A stretch of 64,000 bases of DNA from positions 29,202,001-29,266,000 of the forward strand of contig OZ024752.1 of NCBI GenBank assembly GCA_964016885.1. The letters run 5' to 3'. The notes beneath the pieces are model-generated. The model did no database searches, was not told the origin of the DNA, and was given only the letters and a program-made list of their open reading frames with translations. This DNA is from Eledone cirrhosa (taxonomy: Eukaryota). This document shows, piece by piece, positions 52,690-64,000 of this stretch. The stretch's first letter is position 1; each line of letters opens with the position of its first letter. The translations under genes were made by a program, and so were the position numbers.

Positions 52690-53020
52690 GAATTAGCTAG
52701 ACAGCACACAAACAAATGAATCTGTCTTGGAAGAGATTGGTGCCAATCAACAGTCAGTTGGTTGAAACAGTAAGGACGAAGAAACTTCAGTATTTTGGTC
52801 ATGTCATTAGGGTTCAAAATTTGACTACCAATATCCTTAAAGGATGAATACAAGAGAAAAGGGCCAGGGGATGGCAGGAAAGGAGATGGACAGATGATAT
52901 TAAGGAATGGACAAGAAGAAGTTTGGTGGAATGTACAGCAATGGCAAGAGACAGGAATATATGGAAAACGCTGGACCATTATTCCCGACCCTCAGTTATG
53001 AGGATAGGATGAGGCTAGGC
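52690..53020 (+). mobile_element. Decayed RTE/BovB-like LINE 3' fragment
   Basis: KLQYFGHVIR...RRWTDDIKEWT...ARDRNIW in broken frames. Confidence 0.6.
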
Positions 53021-53606
53021 TAGGCCTTGTATTTAACTAATTTGAATTAATGTAGATGAGTACCTTCAGAAATACATAAATAACTGCAGGAGATCTTTAC
53101 ATTTAACACACCAGTTATTTCTTAAGTTGCAGTATAATCTATATATTAGAATATAATATATTTGGTTATATAGGGTGTAGTATGACATATTGGGAGTATG
53201 TTATATTAATTTTTTATTAGGTAACTTTTATCTTTGTTTCACTATTTTACTGGTTATTGCAACAGATGAAAGGTGGACCCAATTACAAGATAGCTTTGAT
53301 TCTTTGATGGTCTGTGTTCTTGGTAAAAAGAAAGGGTATTAATTTGTATGACACAATGCAGTAACTCACCATCTGCTTATTCTTTCATGATCAATGATCA
53401 AATTGGTGATCAGCCCTATTAATACTGATAATGAAGAAATGAGATTTGTCACATTCATGTCTTTTCCAATGGCCCTTCCTGCAATCATCATTTTACATCC
53501 ACTTTTTATGCTGACATGAGTTGGATGTGTTTTTATTCAGTTACTACACTCCTAAATGGGTTTGAGGACCATGTCTCACATGTTTAATTTTTTTTGCATA
53601 GTTTCT

Positions 53607-54012
53607 AAAGCTGGTCCTTTCTAGTACCAACTATATCACAGCACTAGATGGGTCTCTTAAGCTGGTCCTTTCTAGTGCCAACCACTTCACAGAACCAGAC
53701 AGGTTTCTAAGGCTGGTCCTTTCTAGTACCAACTATATCACTGCACTAGATGGGTCTCTTAAGTTGGTCCTTTCTAGTACCAACCACTTCACAGAACCAG
53801 ACAGGTTTCTAAGGCTGGTCCTTTCTAGTACCAACCACTTCACAATATTAGACAGGTTTCTGAATAAGGCTGGTCCTTTCTAGTGCCAACCACTTCACAG
53901 CACTAGACAGGTTTCTAAAGGTGGTCCTTTCTAGTAGCAACCACTTTACAACACTATACAGGTTTCTAAAGGTGGTCTTTCTAGTGCCAACCACTTCACA
54001 GCACTAGACAGA
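53607..54012. repeat. ~51-bp minisatellite, 8 units, derived from the SINE/RTE-tail core
   Basis: Unit GCTGGTCCTTTCTAGTACCAACCACTTCACAG...; resembles GCTGGATGCCCTTCCTAACACCAACCACTTTACAG. Confidence 0.8.
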
Positions 54013-55060
54013 TTTTCACATCCTCAACAAGGCTAGAGAAATTGTCTTTTGTGCTGCAAGAATAGACTCCTCTTTACTCTGTTGAAAAAAGAGAGGATGA
54101 TGGGGGGGGGGGGGTGTAAAAGAAGAGAGATAGTGATAGTTACATGCTGGTTGTTAGTAAGGAGATTGAATAGGAAGCAGCATGATGAGGTAGCAATAGA
54201 GTGATAAGGCGGTGGGGAGCTGGAAGCGAGACAGGTGATGATGAGTGTGACAGATGTCAATGTAGTGTCATATGGAAGAAGATTGATTGATATCTAGCTG
54301 TAAAGAATGGTGATTGTAGAGGTGTTGAATATGGTCAGATATAATAGTCTTCATCATCATCATCATCACTGACTAATGTCTATTCCTCCCCCCACACACA
54401 CACTAGCATGAGTTAGATGGGTTGTCCTGTTGTGAGATCAGATGACCATGTTTTGCTCTTACAGAACAGTTTCTGGCTGATTTCTATGGCTGGATGCCCT
54501 TCCTAACACCAACTACATTTACAGTGTGTACAGGGTGCTTTTTATCGTGGCACCAAAACGACCGCTTTACAGTGTGGACTGGGTGCCTTTTACCGTGGCA
54601 CCAAAACAACAACTCTACAGTGTGGACTGGGCACTTTTTATCATGGCACCAAATCAACCACTTTACAGTGTTGACTGGGCACATTTTGTTGTGCCACTAA
54701 CATAACCACTCTACAGTGTGGACTGGGGGCATTTTCTCATGACACCAACACGACCAATCTATAGTGTGGATTGAGGGAATTTTCTCATGACGTCAACACG
54801 ACCACTCTACAGTGTGGACTGGTGGTCTGGGGGAATTTTCTCATGACACCAATACAACCACTCTATACTGTGGCCTGGTGCTTTTTGTCATGATACCAAC
54901 ATGGCCATTTTACAGTGTTGACTGTTGATAGAGATATATTGTATGCTGTAGAAGTAATGTTGAACTGTTAATAACACATATTAAATATATGTCTGTCTTC
55001 TTAATATAAATACATTGCACTTAACTTTTTTCTTCTAAGTTGTTCATTTTGATTTTTCAG

Positions 55061-55171
55061 GTAAGAAGGAATGCTGGTGTGTTGCAGTCAGCCAGACGAA
55101 TAGGGAAAGAAAGTGCACGGAGAATTTACCAGCTTATGACATCAAAAGACCCAAACTTGTTATTAAAATAA
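55061..55171 (+). CDS. EME1: EME1 last coding exon (second HhH)
   Basis: tttcAG|VRRNAGVLQSARRIGKESARRIYQLMTSKDPNLLLK*; cf. [23 protein letters not shown]. Confidence 0.93.
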   Translation, partial: VRRNAGVLQSARRIGKESARRIYQLMTSKDPNLLLK

Positions 55172-55352
55172 ATCCTTTTTAGACATATTTTCTCATTGCT
55201 TTTAAAAATTAAATGCATAGTTAATTATAATAGTTTTCTAGACTTTAAAACTGTTGTCGTTACTTAGCTCTAGTCAGTCATGTGTGTGTGTGTGTAAATT
55301 TACTACAAAAAGTCTGGAAAGCTGTATCTGATGATGATATATATATAAATGT

Positions 55353-55385
<33 letters not shown>

Positions 55386-55701
55386 TTCGTTTAACGTCCA
55401 TCTTCCACGCAAGCATGGGTGAGACGGGAGTTGTTCCACTTGAGGCAAGGTAGGCGGGTGACCGTGTCTCGCTCATATAGGACTATCTGGCAGGTTTTCT
55501 ACGGCTGGATGCCCTTCCTAACACCAACCACATTTACATTGTGGAACTGGGAACTTTTTACCGTGTTACCTACACGACCATATTACAGCGTGGATTTAAA
55601 AAAAAATTTTTTATATGTATATATATATATATAAATGTGTGTGTGTTTATATATATATATAAATGTGTATATATATAAATATATATATATATATAAATGT
55701 G

Positions 55702-55733
<32 letters not shown>

Positions 55734-55734
55734 A

Positions 55735-55765
<31 letters not shown>

Positions 55766-55981
55766 CAAACACACACACACATATATATATATATATACAA
55801 ATTTATATATATATATATATACAAATTTATATATATATATATACACACATATATATATTTATATATATATATATATATATGTATTGAAATTTCCGTTGAA
55901 AACAGAAAAGGTCATAGAAGTGAAGAGTGCTCTATGTAAGTATCAGAGCAAAATTTAATGTATAAAAATCAATACAATATA

Positions 55982-56059
55982 ATTACCTCATTACCAGAGG
56001 TTTCCCGAATGAGGCGAATACGAAAGAAACGTCCTCATTCGTTCGTCAGACGAGGCAAT
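55982..56059 (-). ncRNA. Putative type I hammerhead ribozyme (left-arm copy)
   Basis: Exact reverse complement of 58509-58586. Confidence 0.65.
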
Positions 56060-56272
56060 ATAAAACATGGGTAAATACTTGGAAAGTCTCATCAAGAAAA
56101 GCAAAAAAAAACAAAAAAGATATAGACAAATGAATTAGAATATGAAATATATAATCTTTCAAGAAATATAGTTAGGTGTGTGTATATGTATGTATATACG
56201 CTCACAGATGTGCATATATGTGTATGCACATATGTATACGTATAGTGAAAAAGTGTGCGTAAATATATAATT

Positions 56273-56452
56273 GTTTCTACTTTAGGCACAAGGCCAGCAA
56301 TTACCCAGTGCATTACTGGTACTTTATTTTATCGACCCCGTAAGGATGAAAAGCAAAGTCAACCTCGGCGGGATTTGAACTCAGATTGTAAAGGGACGTA
56401 ACTATGCTGTAAAGCATGGCGTCCGACCCTCTACCGATACTGCCAATCCACC
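56273..56452 (-). mobile_element. tRNA-derived SINE (family 1) inserted in the left palindrome arm only
   Basis: TSD ATATAATT at 56265-56272 and 56453-56460; the empty site is visible in the right arm near 58290. Confidence 0.9.
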
Positions 56453-58508
56453 ATATAATTTAGGGCAAATGTATCTGTATGTCTGTAATCTACAGACAGA
56501 ATAGATACATCATAAGAATATGAAGGCACGCGCATAAACACACCTACACACACGCACACTTAGATGCGGAAGTAAAAGAGGTAAGGGAGTGTAATAATTC
56601 AAGGAAAGTATCAATCTCGATATATTTATAAAAATGGAACAATAATTTAGAAAGAAAAAATTAAAGAAAAGACAAACATACATACACACACACACATATC
56701 TCACAAAAGAAACGCAAAAATAAACATGCTTATATACACACGCACACTTACACATCCATACGTTCGATACGTACACACACACACACACACATACACATAC
56801 TTACACTCACGCATATTGACCTGTTTGCATGCACACGCATAAAAATGAGTAAGTAAAAAAAGGGGAAGAAGAAAAAAGGAACAAAACATAAAACCTAGAT
56901 GTAAAAAACACGGATATAAAGACATACACATACGCATACATAAAAAATAATAAAAATAAAGATAAAAAAATATATCTGGAGTGGAAAACGCAAATGACAT
57001 GTATAATCAGTTAGTGAAGGAAATAGGGAAGTAAAAAATGGAAAGTGAAGATATTAGGTAAGTGAATCGGAGAATAAAAGGGGGGGGGGGTTATTGGTGG
57101 ATGTGAAGTAAAAAAAAAAATAATAAAATAAAAAAAATAATAAAAATAATAATATATAAATAAAAATAAATGAAATTAATGATAAGGATAAAAATGAAAG
57201 TAAATCAGAAAGGGTAATTATAAAGAGAATAATAAGAGTTTATGGAGGATAAGTATCTGAAAGTGTGTTCAGTTTATATGAGCTCATATAAACTGAACAC
57301 ATTTTCAGATACTTATCCTCCATAAACTCTTATTATTCTCTTTATAATTACCCTTTCTGATTTACTTTCATTTTTATCCTTATCATTAATTTCATTTATT
57401 TTAATTTTAATTTTTATTTATATATTATTATTTTATTTTTTTTCTTTTATTATTATTACTTTTTTTAATTTTTACTTCACATCCACCAATAACCCCCCCC
57501 CCCCCTTTATTCTCCGATTCACTTACCTAATATCTTCACTTTCCATTTTTTACTTCCCTATTTCCTTCACTAACTGATTATACATGTCATTTGCGTTTTC
57601 CACTCCAGATATATTTTTTTATCTTTATTTTTATTATTTTTTATTTTTGCGCAGCCAATCTTACAATTTTATAATTTTATATTTGTACTTACATATACAC
57701 AAGTTTTTTTACACACTGTATCAATGTGGCTGAACGCCTTAATGTGTGTATACTTTCTATATATGTACATGAGCGACTATGTATGTGCGCGCGCGTGCGT
57801 GTATATATATATATATGCGTATGTGTATGTGTCTCTATATCCGTGTTTTTTACATCTAGGTTTTATGTTTTGTTCCTTTTTTCTTCTCCCCCTTTTTTTA
57901 CCTACTCATTTTTATGCGTGTGCATGCAAACAGGTCAATATGCGTGAGTGTAAGTATGTGTGTGTGTGTGTGTGTGTACGTATCGAACGTATGGATGTGT
58001 AAGTGTGCGTGTGTATATAAGCATGTTTATTTTTGCGTTTCTTTTGTGAGATATACGTGTGTGTGTATGTATGTTTGTCTTCTTTTCTTTAATTTTTTCT
58101 TTCTAAATTATTGTTCCATTTTTATAAATATATCGAGATTGATACTTTCCTTTAATTATTACACTCCCTTACCTCTTTTACTTCCGCATCTAAGTGTGCG
58201 TGTGTGTAGGTGTGTTTATGCGCGTGCCTTCATATTCTTATGATGTATCTATTCTGTCTGTAGATTACAGACATACAGATACATTTACCCTAAATTATAT
58301 ATTTACGCACACTTTTTCACTATACGTATACATATGTGCATACACATATATGCACATCTGTGAGCGTATATACATACATATACACACATCTAACTATATT
58401 TCTTGAAAGATTATTATATATTTCATATTCTAATTCATTTGTCTATATCTTTTTTGTTTTTTTTTGCTTTTCTTGATGAGACTTTCCAAGTATTTACCCA
58501 TGTTTTAT

Positions 58509-58586
58509 ATTGCCTCGTCTGACGAACGAATGAGGACGTTTCTTTCGTATTCGCCTCATTCGGGAAACCTCTGGTAATGAGGTAAT
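58509..58586 (+). ncRNA. Putative type I hammerhead ribozyme
   Basis: Stem I ATTGCCTCGT/ATGAGGTAAT (10 bp, 2 GU); core CUGACGA; stem II CGAATGAGG/CCTCATTCG; GAAA; short stem III CC-UCU-GG; GUA cleavage triplet ending at 58576; A.G mismatch at the base of stem II. Confidence 0.68.
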
Positions 58587-58610
58587 TATATTGTATTGAT
58601 TTTTATACAT

Positions 58611-58663
<53 letters not shown>

Positions 58664-60308
58664 ATTTGTATATATATTTATATACGATATTAATAAATGG
58701 AAACTATATTTATAAGACCATATTTATTTCATTATACATATTTCAAGGATACCATGTTAAATTATGGCATGCCTTCATCATATAAAATACAATATATACC
58801 AGTTTTATAAATAAACATTGACGTACCCTTTCAAAATGCGACCGTTACTTTTGGAAGACATCAGGATAGTGGTTTGTTTATTTTAGTAAGTCGTTGTGTT
58901 AAGGAGAAGGAAAAAGACGGGGAGAGATAAATAAAGAAAAAGAAGAAAGAAAAAAGAAAACAGAGAAAAACAACAGAGATATCAAACCACCAGACAGAAA
59001 AAAATCAAGAGAGAGAAATATAGAGATAGAGAGAGGGGGAGAGAACGAAAACCTTAAGTCATGTCATATTAAGTTGAGTTAACAATTGAGATGAAATGAA
59101 TAAATAAAATTAGAAATATTAATATTCATGAATGGAATATACATATATAATATGAGAAATTAATCATTGTTTAGTTATGATTAGATATTTAGTTTAAAAA
59201 TTGAGATCAATATATAAAAAATTGGAATTTAAACTTTACGAAATATATATATTGCTAGAGAAATTACCTATCATATAGCACGTACATATACGCAAAAATA
59301 CATAAATATATATATATACACACACACTCAGAAAATACACACTATATCTACTTCCGCATATAATATATACATACAAAACATAAATGATTTTTTTTATTAT
59401 TACTGCTATATATTCCTTGTGTTATTAAATAAAATTTTTTTAGTATATATATATATAAATATATAGGATTAACTTTCATGCATTTATGGCTGTTAAATTA
59501 TGCATATCAGCAATCAAATTGCATGGGTACACATGTACATGTACACACACAATTCTTACATATACATATATAAACGTGTGTGTGCATCTTCACCCAATTG
59601 GTAAACATGCGTCACTCATGCATATATACAGACAGACATATATTCATAAAAATGCATACAACACATGCATATGTATGTTAATACACATACATACATACGT
59701 AGTCGTATAGAGATAAGTATACATCAATATATTACATAGTACAATTGAGTATATAAAATACAAAAGGATTATATATTGGAAATATAATTATATCAATATA
59801 ACCTAAAAACAAATGAATTCTACAAATGTCAAAATATTAAAATATTTTTAAATATTATAGAATATTTTAAGTTAATAGATTTAGTATAGAAATTTATCTT
59901 ACGTATATTTTATTCAAGAAATTGAAAGGACAAACTTTTGAAAATTATGAGAAGCTATCAGAATAAAAATAAACCTAATAAAAAAGTAAATAAAATATTA
60001 TATCAATATAACTTAAAAAACAAAAGAATTCTACAAATATCAAAATATTAAAATATTTTAAAATATTATAGAATATTTTAAGTTAAAATAATATGTTTAA
60101 TATATTTAGTATAGAAATTTATCTTATGTATATTTTACTCAAGATATTGAAAGGATAAACTTTTCTAGAATAGTTTATTATATTTATATTTATATTTAGG
60201 AAGAAAATTTATTTATACTTGAGTACTTAATGAAAATGAAAAAGGTGAAGGAATCTAATGATTTATCGACAGGTTTCATATATTAACCAAATTACTTAAT
60301 TTATTATA

Positions 60309-62480
60309 CTACATTTTAAATTTATATTCATATTTAAACATTGAGTTCAATCTATGTCTGCAGCAACTGAATAAATTATTCCTTAAATTAAGGGAATTTT
60401 TGGTCTTTAATATAAAGAATATTTCCTCTATACAAAGATCGCAATTTTCTGAAGAGGAATTAAAAGGAGTAGCTTTTGAAATAATATTCCAAATCAGCGA
60501 ATATTCAACATTATCTTGTTTTAGGTCCCATAATAGGCTAGATAGCGAAGTTGAAGATTTTTTGTTTGGATCTGTAAAAGAATTTTTATGATTATTGAAG
60601 CGGGATTTAAACTCTGTGGAGGTGGAACCGACATAATTAAATGAATTTAAATTCGTTTTAACATTACAATTATAAACTACATTTTTAGCTAAGCAGTTGT
60701 TATTTAACGGACATTTGGATTTATTTCTACAGTTACAATTATTCGATTGAATATTGCTTGGGTTATTATTGGTATTTTGGTTAGGTTTTAAATTTCTATT
60801 AATTCTATTAATATTTTGCGCTAAATTTTTGGTGGAAGAGTAAGTTAATTTTATAGTATGTCTATTAAAAATTGAGTAGTATCTATGTGTTCTAGGGAAG
60901 CGTTTGTCAAGAGCTTTAAAGAATAGTTTAGCAATAGGGGTTTTAATATTTAGTGAGAAAGGAGGAGCGAAACATAATATATTCCTAGTTTTTTCGGCTT
61001 TCAGAATTATTGTAATATTTTCTATTATAGTTGTTAAAATTGATACCATAATTAAAGTTGTTATTATTTTGGTTAGTTTTTATATTATTATTATTATCGA
61101 TGTATTTAATTTTATTTCTATACCCAGCTCTACCTAACGCTTCGTTGTAATACTGCGCTTTTTCATCAAATATATTCTTATTCGATGAAATTCTTGAAAT
61201 TCTTTCTTGTACAGAGTTCACTATAGTATTTTTAACGGATCTGGGGGTGATTAGAGTTAAAATTGACATAATTTAAGTTCTCATTTAGTTTGAAATGGAT
61301 AATGAAGACATGTGTTGAGATTTAGTGTTACATCTAGAAAATTGACTATTTTATGGCTATTCTCTATTTCTACTTTTAGATTAAGGTAATTAAAAAATTG
61401 TATAATTTGTTTTCTTTTTCTATTTAGTTCACAGCTATTATTTTCTATAAGTAAAAGCATGTCGTCACGATATAAGCCTCCGGTTACACCTGGTATTTTT
61501 CTATGTAGAGAATTAATTATAAATAGGCCCACAAGGTCCGTTACCTGAGCTGAGTCTGAAGATCCCATAGTTATGTCGAAATTATTATTTCTATCTGCCC
61601 TAGTCCAGAGTTGGTTATTAAATTCTATTAATGTTTTCCATGCCGATAATATAATGTGCATTTCATTGCTAGTTAGGTCTGTATGTTTAAATGCGTAAGT
61701 TAGTGCCTTATTCAGTAGATTAGGAGTGATAGATGAGTAGTAGTTAACAATATCCAACTGAATAAACTTATTATTATAGTTATATTTAATTTCTTTAAAC
61801 CAATCGATAACTTCACTAGTCCCTTTCCATAATTTTAAGTAAGATAAATTAGGTAAATTCTTAATTTGTTGTATTATTCTGTCTCGAATATTTTTGCTAA
61901 GTCTGCCCAGGTCAGATTTAGATAGTGCAATTAATCTGACTGGTAAATCATTTTCAAAGTTTCTTTTATGATCCTTCATATTAATCTTAGGTTTCCTTGG
62001 CATGAAGGGTTGTGCATTATACAAGAAGCATCTGTATTCAGTTTTTCAAGTTCGTCCTTATTTGCTACTTTGTATTTCTTCCTTAGTTCCTTCAATATAA
62101 GGTCGTTATAAATGTCCTTTTGTATTCCGTAAAGATTATTGGTTTTGTCTGACTTGACTAGAATTTTCTCCGTTTTCTCCAAGTTTTCAATATTATCCTT
62201 AATATCTCTTAAGTAATCTTGGCCTTTGAAGTTGTTTTTGAATTTGATGCTTTGGATGATAGATATGATATCATTTTCAAAATCCATTAGTAGTTTGTTG
62301 GGGGGGGGGGGGGGGGGGGGGAGTTTTTTTAGATTTGAAGATTTTATCCAGATTTGAAACATTTTCATTTAGATTAGATTTATCGAAGTGGAAAGCATGC
62401 CACCTGATTCTTCTTCTTAATATCGTATATTTACTCCAAATACTTGTCGAGTGCTTTAAATTTAAATAGAACTTTTGCAT
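60309..62480 (-). mobile_element. Decayed Penelope-like retroelement ORF (RT + GIY-YIG), probably Naiad-type
   Basis: RRIRWHAFHF, VKSDKT, DIVNYYSSI, MGSSDSAQV, LYRDD, VNFLDV (PLE RT); CNCRNKSKCPLNNNC, VVY...YVGST...FKSRFNNH, CDLCIEE, CRH (GIY-YIG); four frameshifts. Confidence 0.88.
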
Positions 62481-62517
62481 ATATATTTATATATATATTT
62501 ATATATATTTATATATA

Positions 62518-62598
<81 letters not shown>

Positions 62599-62614
62599 AT
62601 ATATATATATATAT

Positions 62615-62729
62615 AAGTTGAAAAAAAATGAAAACGAAATTTCATTTCTCACTCTTAGTATGGCACTTACTTAAATGTAAGTATGTATGTATACGTACAT
62701 ACATATATGTATACAGACGTACAGTAGCA

Positions 62730-62770
<41 letters not shown>

Positions 62771-63338
62771 GCATACAGGTACACATACATATATGCACGC
62801 ATCAGTTTAGCCGACGTTTATTATAACGCAGCTTTGTTCGCTTGTTTGTCAACAAACCGAACAGCCTGAATTTATGCCATACGGTGTTAAGGCAACCACG
62901 TCACCTTTTTGTTCAACACTGACACAGGAACGATGTACTAGTTTCAAGCTTGTTAGCTATCATCAGCACCGTTTACCCATCTGCCAGATAGTTGAACGTT
63001 CGAAAGTATATACTTTCCTTATGAAAATTAACGGCTGAGCAGCCTAATTTGCATATTGAGTGAGTTAAATCGGTCAGGCATACCGAAAACGACAAGTTGA
63101 AAAAAAATGAAAACGAAATTTCATTTCTCACTCTTAGTATGGCACTTACTTAAATGTAAGTATGTATGTATACGTACATACATATATGTATACAGACGTA
63201 CAGTAGCAAACAAGCGAACAAACATACATACATACATATATGTATACAGACGTACAGTGACAAACAAGCGAACAAAGCTGCGTTATAATAAACGTCGGCT
63301 AAACTGATGCGTGCATATATGTATGTGTACCTGTATGC

Positions 63339-63397
<59 letters not shown>

Positions 63398-63434
63398 TGC
63401 TACTGTACGTCTGTATACATATATGTATGTACGT

Positions 63435-63441
<7 letters not shown>
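62615..63441. repeat. Compound direct + inverted duplication
   Basis: Direct repeat 62615-62729 = 63094-63208; inverted repeat 62686-62851 vs 63258-63441. Confidence 0.85.
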
Positions 63442-63518
<77 letters not shown>

Positions 63519-63606
63519 ATTTATATATATATATATATTTATATATATAAATATATATATTTATATATTATATATATATTTATATATATATATATTTATA
63601 TATATA

Positions 63607-63674
<68 letters not shown>

Positions 63675-63675
<1 letters not shown>

Positions 63676-64000
63676 CATCATCATCATCATCATCATCATT
63701 TTACGTCCGCTTTTCCCTGCTTGCAAGGGTGGGACGGGTCTTATTCAGCACAGCATCTCTCCACTCGTCACGGTCCCTCGTCATCTCCACCGTGAGCTTC
63801 AATGATCTGAGGTCTGTTCTCACCACCTCCGCCCATGTTTTTCGTGGTCTACCTCTACTACGTCTTCCTTCAACTGGCATTTCCTGGCACTTCTTCACCC
63901 ATCGGTCATCCTCCATGCGCATCACATGTCCATACCACCTCAGTCTCCTCTCCCGTACACTACATTCTATCCCTCTCAGACACAGTTTCTCTCTCAACAC
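63675..64000 (-). mobile_element. 3' end of an RTE LINE (continues beyond the window)
   Basis: [14 protein letters not shown]...RGRPRKTW...[12 protein letters not shown], followed directly by a (GAT)n tail. Confidence 0.88.

Larger units (their letters stand above)
55956..58612. repeat. ~2.65-kb spacer-less palindrome (arms ~1.33 kb)
   Basis: Centre GAG|CTC at 57282/57283; arms are reverse complements apart from point differences, a SINE in the left arm and ~170 bp present only in the right arm. Confidence 0.95.

Noticed and set aside
57240-57325. Palindrome as a sequencing fold-back artefact
   Set aside because: The arms differ by a TSD-flanked SINE, a ~170-bp indel and substitutions, which a read fold-back would not create; long-read confirmation is still advisable
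60309-61049. Selenocysteine recoding, reported for some Naiad elements
   Set aside because: All conserved Cys positions in the GIY-YIG region are ordinary Cys codons; no in-frame TGA was seen there

Overview
Eukaryotic, AT-rich, repeat-dense genomic DNA. The repeat inventory (RTE/CR1 LINEs, tRNA-derived SINEs, (TA)n tracts) resembles an octopus/coleoid cephalopod genome; that assignment is inference only. Two spliced protein-coding genes on the + strand can be reconstructed by hand with GT-AG introns and consistent phases. One is a divergent MKK3/6-type MAP kinase kinase (7 exons, 11388-26577; its 5' exon was not located). The other is EME1, the non-catalytic partner of MUS81 (10 coding exons, 37923-55171, 475 aa). 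Introns and flanks hold decayed RTE LINEs carrying a PHD finger, CR1-type LINEs, Penelope-like elements (RT + GIY-YIG), two SINE families, hAT- and piggyBac-type MITEs and SINE-derived minisatellites. The most striking unannotated structure is a spacer-less ~2.65-kb palindrome (55956-58612) just downstream of EME1. Each of its outer ends carries an identical 78-nt type I hammerhead-ribozyme fold, and it sits next to a decayed Penelope-like retroelement. All calls are from manual reading; no searches or folding programs were run.
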